DNA of 64,000 nucleotides from an uncultured Gammaproteobacteria bacterium (GTDB lineage Bacteria; Pseudomonadota; Gammaproteobacteria; CAZDOC01): NCBI GenBank assembly GCA_964506945.1, contig CAZDOC010000009.1, positions 3,048 to 67,047 of the forward strand, read 5' to 3'. Shown piece by piece: positions 62,697 to 64,000 of this stretch (position 1 is its first letter; each line of letters starts with the position of its first letter). The notes under the pieces were generated by a model. It saw only the letters and a program-made list of their open reading frames with translations, ran no database searches and was not told where the DNA came from. The position numbers and the translations under genes were made by a program.

Positions 62697-63050
62697 TCAG
62701 GCGCAACCACGACGGAGCGGGTGCCGGTGGGGGTCCTGCAGGCGTTTTCGATCGCGCTGGAAGGGTTGACGCGTGCGGGAACCGTCACGGGCTGCGCGAA
62801 GCACCTTCCGTCCCCACTCCGGCAGGTCCGGGTGGATGCGGTAGTGGACCCACAGGCCCTCGCGCCGATCCCGTACCAGCCCTGCCTCGCGCAGTTGCGC
62901 CAGGTGGCGTGAGATGGTCGGCTGGGCCAGGTTCAAGGCATGGGTCAGCTCGCATACGCAAAGCTCGCCATGGTGTTCCAGCAGCATGAGGCAGCGCAGG
63001 CGTATGGGGTTGGAGAGTGCGGCGAACAAGGCCTCCGGCAACAGTTTCAT
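62697..63050 (-). CDS. arsR: ArsR-family metalloregulatory repressor
   Basis: ELCVCEL metal-binding motif inside a wHTH. First gene of the ars operon. Confidence 0.85.
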   Translation of the reverse strand: MKLLPEALFAALSNPIRLRCLMLLEHHGELCVCELTHALNLAQPTISRHLAQLREAGLVRDRREGLWVHYRIHPDLPEWGRKVLRAARDGSRTRQPFQRDRKRLQDPHRHPLRRGCA

Positions 63051-63052
63051 CT

Positions 63053-63105
63053 GCTGTTATATAACATGATCCATATATATGATCAAACATATATATTGTC
63101 CGGGG
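63053..63105. promoter_or_regulatory. divergent promoter/operator region with nested perfect palindromes (TGTTATATAACA; CATATATATG; TGATC direct repeat)
   Basis: An AT-rich 53-bp stretch in otherwise 65%-GC DNA, lying between arsR and the divergent methyltransferase gene. Contains a 12-bp and a 10-bp perfect palindrome. Confidence 0.5.
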
Positions 63106-63184
63106 ATGCCACTCCCGGGGGATCGTGATAGGGTTCCCCGGTATCCAGAGTTCTGGATGGCGGCTGCCCTGGCAAGGATTACGG

Positions 63185-63913
63185 ATGGAAGACGAAAACG
63201 CCCATGAGATGGCCAGTGTCGATGGCATCCCGCTCTATCTGATCGAACATTATGCTCATGCCTATCTCTCCCCCCTGGGTACGCGGGTGTTCGATATCCA
63301 GGTGGTGATCAATGCCATCCTGTTCGGCCAGTACCGCAAGCTCATGCGCGCCATGCTGGGGTTTCTGGGTCCCGGGAGCGAGGAGCCGGTGCTGCAATTG
63401 AGCTGCGTTTATGGCGAACTGACCCAGATACTGGTACGGCAGAATTCACCGGGCGGCCTGCATATTACCGATGTCACGCCCGTGCAACTGGAGCTTGCGC
63501 GGCGCAAGTCCTCACCTGGGGGACGTCTACTGGCCACGCGCATGCGCGCGGAACAGCTGGGATACGCCGATGATGCCTTCGCCACGGCCATCCTCTTCTT
63601 CCTTCTGCACGAGATGCCCGCGGTCGCGCGCTGGCGGACCCTGATGGAGGCCGTGCGGGTGTTGCGCCCTGGCGGACGCCTGCTGATCACGGATTACGCG
63701 CCCATGCCCTGGCGTCATCCCTTGTACCGTTGCCTGCCGCTGCGGCGGGTCCTGGAACACATGGAGCCCTATCTGGCCGGATTCTGGCGGGAGGACCTGG
63801 ATACACGGGTGGCGGAGGCGGCGGCCCGGCATCGCAAGTGCATTGCCGGTATTCGTGAACGGTGTGTATTTCGCGGCTTCTACCGCGTCGTGGAGTACCG
63901 TCTCACGGACTGA
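63185..63913 (+). CDS. class I SAM-dependent methyltransferase-like protein with non-canonical motif I
   Basis: Rossmann-like methyltransferase fold (..VLQLSCVYGEL.. replaces the GxGxG motif; ..LLITDY.. post-I-like motif). Divergent from arsR. The ORF from 63125 also offers earlier starts. Confidence 0.5.
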   Translation: MEDENAHEMASVDGIPLYLIEHYAHAYLSPLGTRVFDIQVVINAILFGQYRKLMRAMLGFLGPGSEEPVLQLSCVYGELTQILVRQNSPGGLHITDVTPVQLELARRKSSPGGRLLATRMRAEQLGYADDAFATAILFFLLHEMPAVARWRTLMEAVRVLRPGGRLLITDYAPMPWRHPLYRCLPLRRVLEHMEPYLAGFWREDLDTRVAEAAARHRKCIAGIRERCVFRGFYRVVEYRLTD

Positions 63914-64000
63914 GTATGGAGGCCCTCGGGTCCATGACCGGAGCCTGGCCGGCATCGGCATGGTGATGAACACCGCCTGCGGTCATGGTCATGGACGTCC

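Noticed and set aside
60565-63913. ars cluster as a mobile genomic island
   Set aside because: No integrase, transposase, direct repeats or tRNA anchor are visible within the window. Mobility cannot be supported from this sequence alone.

Overview
The window is 64 kb of high-GC (about 65%) chromosomal DNA, most likely gammaproteobacterial, with gene order resembling Pseudomonas or Chromatiales. It is almost entirely coding. I support 61 CDS. I found no rRNA, tRNA, CRISPR array, transposase or integrase.

Most of the window is conserved housekeeping synteny:
- miaB-ybeZ-ybeY-corC-lnt
- bioA, rsmE, gshA
- algZ-algR divergent from argH
- mazG-like, asmA, mutY, yggX
- der-bamB-yfgM-hisS-rodZ-pilW-rlmN-ndk
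- an IscR-headed suf operon (iscR-sufA-sufBCDS-sufT-Rieske ferredoxin), with cysE upstream
- a ybhGFSR-like HlyD/ABC-2 exporter
- a CDF transporter, an MscK-like channel, phbB, trxC and mtfA

The accessory or unusual content is:
1. A translationally coupled five-gene minus-strand operon behind a near-consensus sigma-54 promoter. Its genes are thermostable-hemolysin/GNAT-like, adenylating enzyme, heme-oxygenase-like di-iron protein, secreted TPR protein and SDR. A porin gene, a small periplasmic-protein gene and a divergently transcribed sigma-54 (NtrC-type) two-component system sit next to it. This is my best candidate for an undescribed regulated biosynthetic or signalling system.
2. An NhaP-type Na+/H+ antiporter fused to a C-terminal cyclic-nucleotide-binding domain.
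3. An 1179-aa PAS-GAF-PAS-GAF-PAS-GGDEF-EAL protein beside algZR.
4. A 3' ars island (arsR, ArsI/CadI-like VOC protein with a poly-CC cysteine tail, arsC, acr3) with a divergent atypical methyltransferase and a palindrome-rich operator region.

All family assignments come from reading the translated ORFs for motifs and architecture. I ran no database search.
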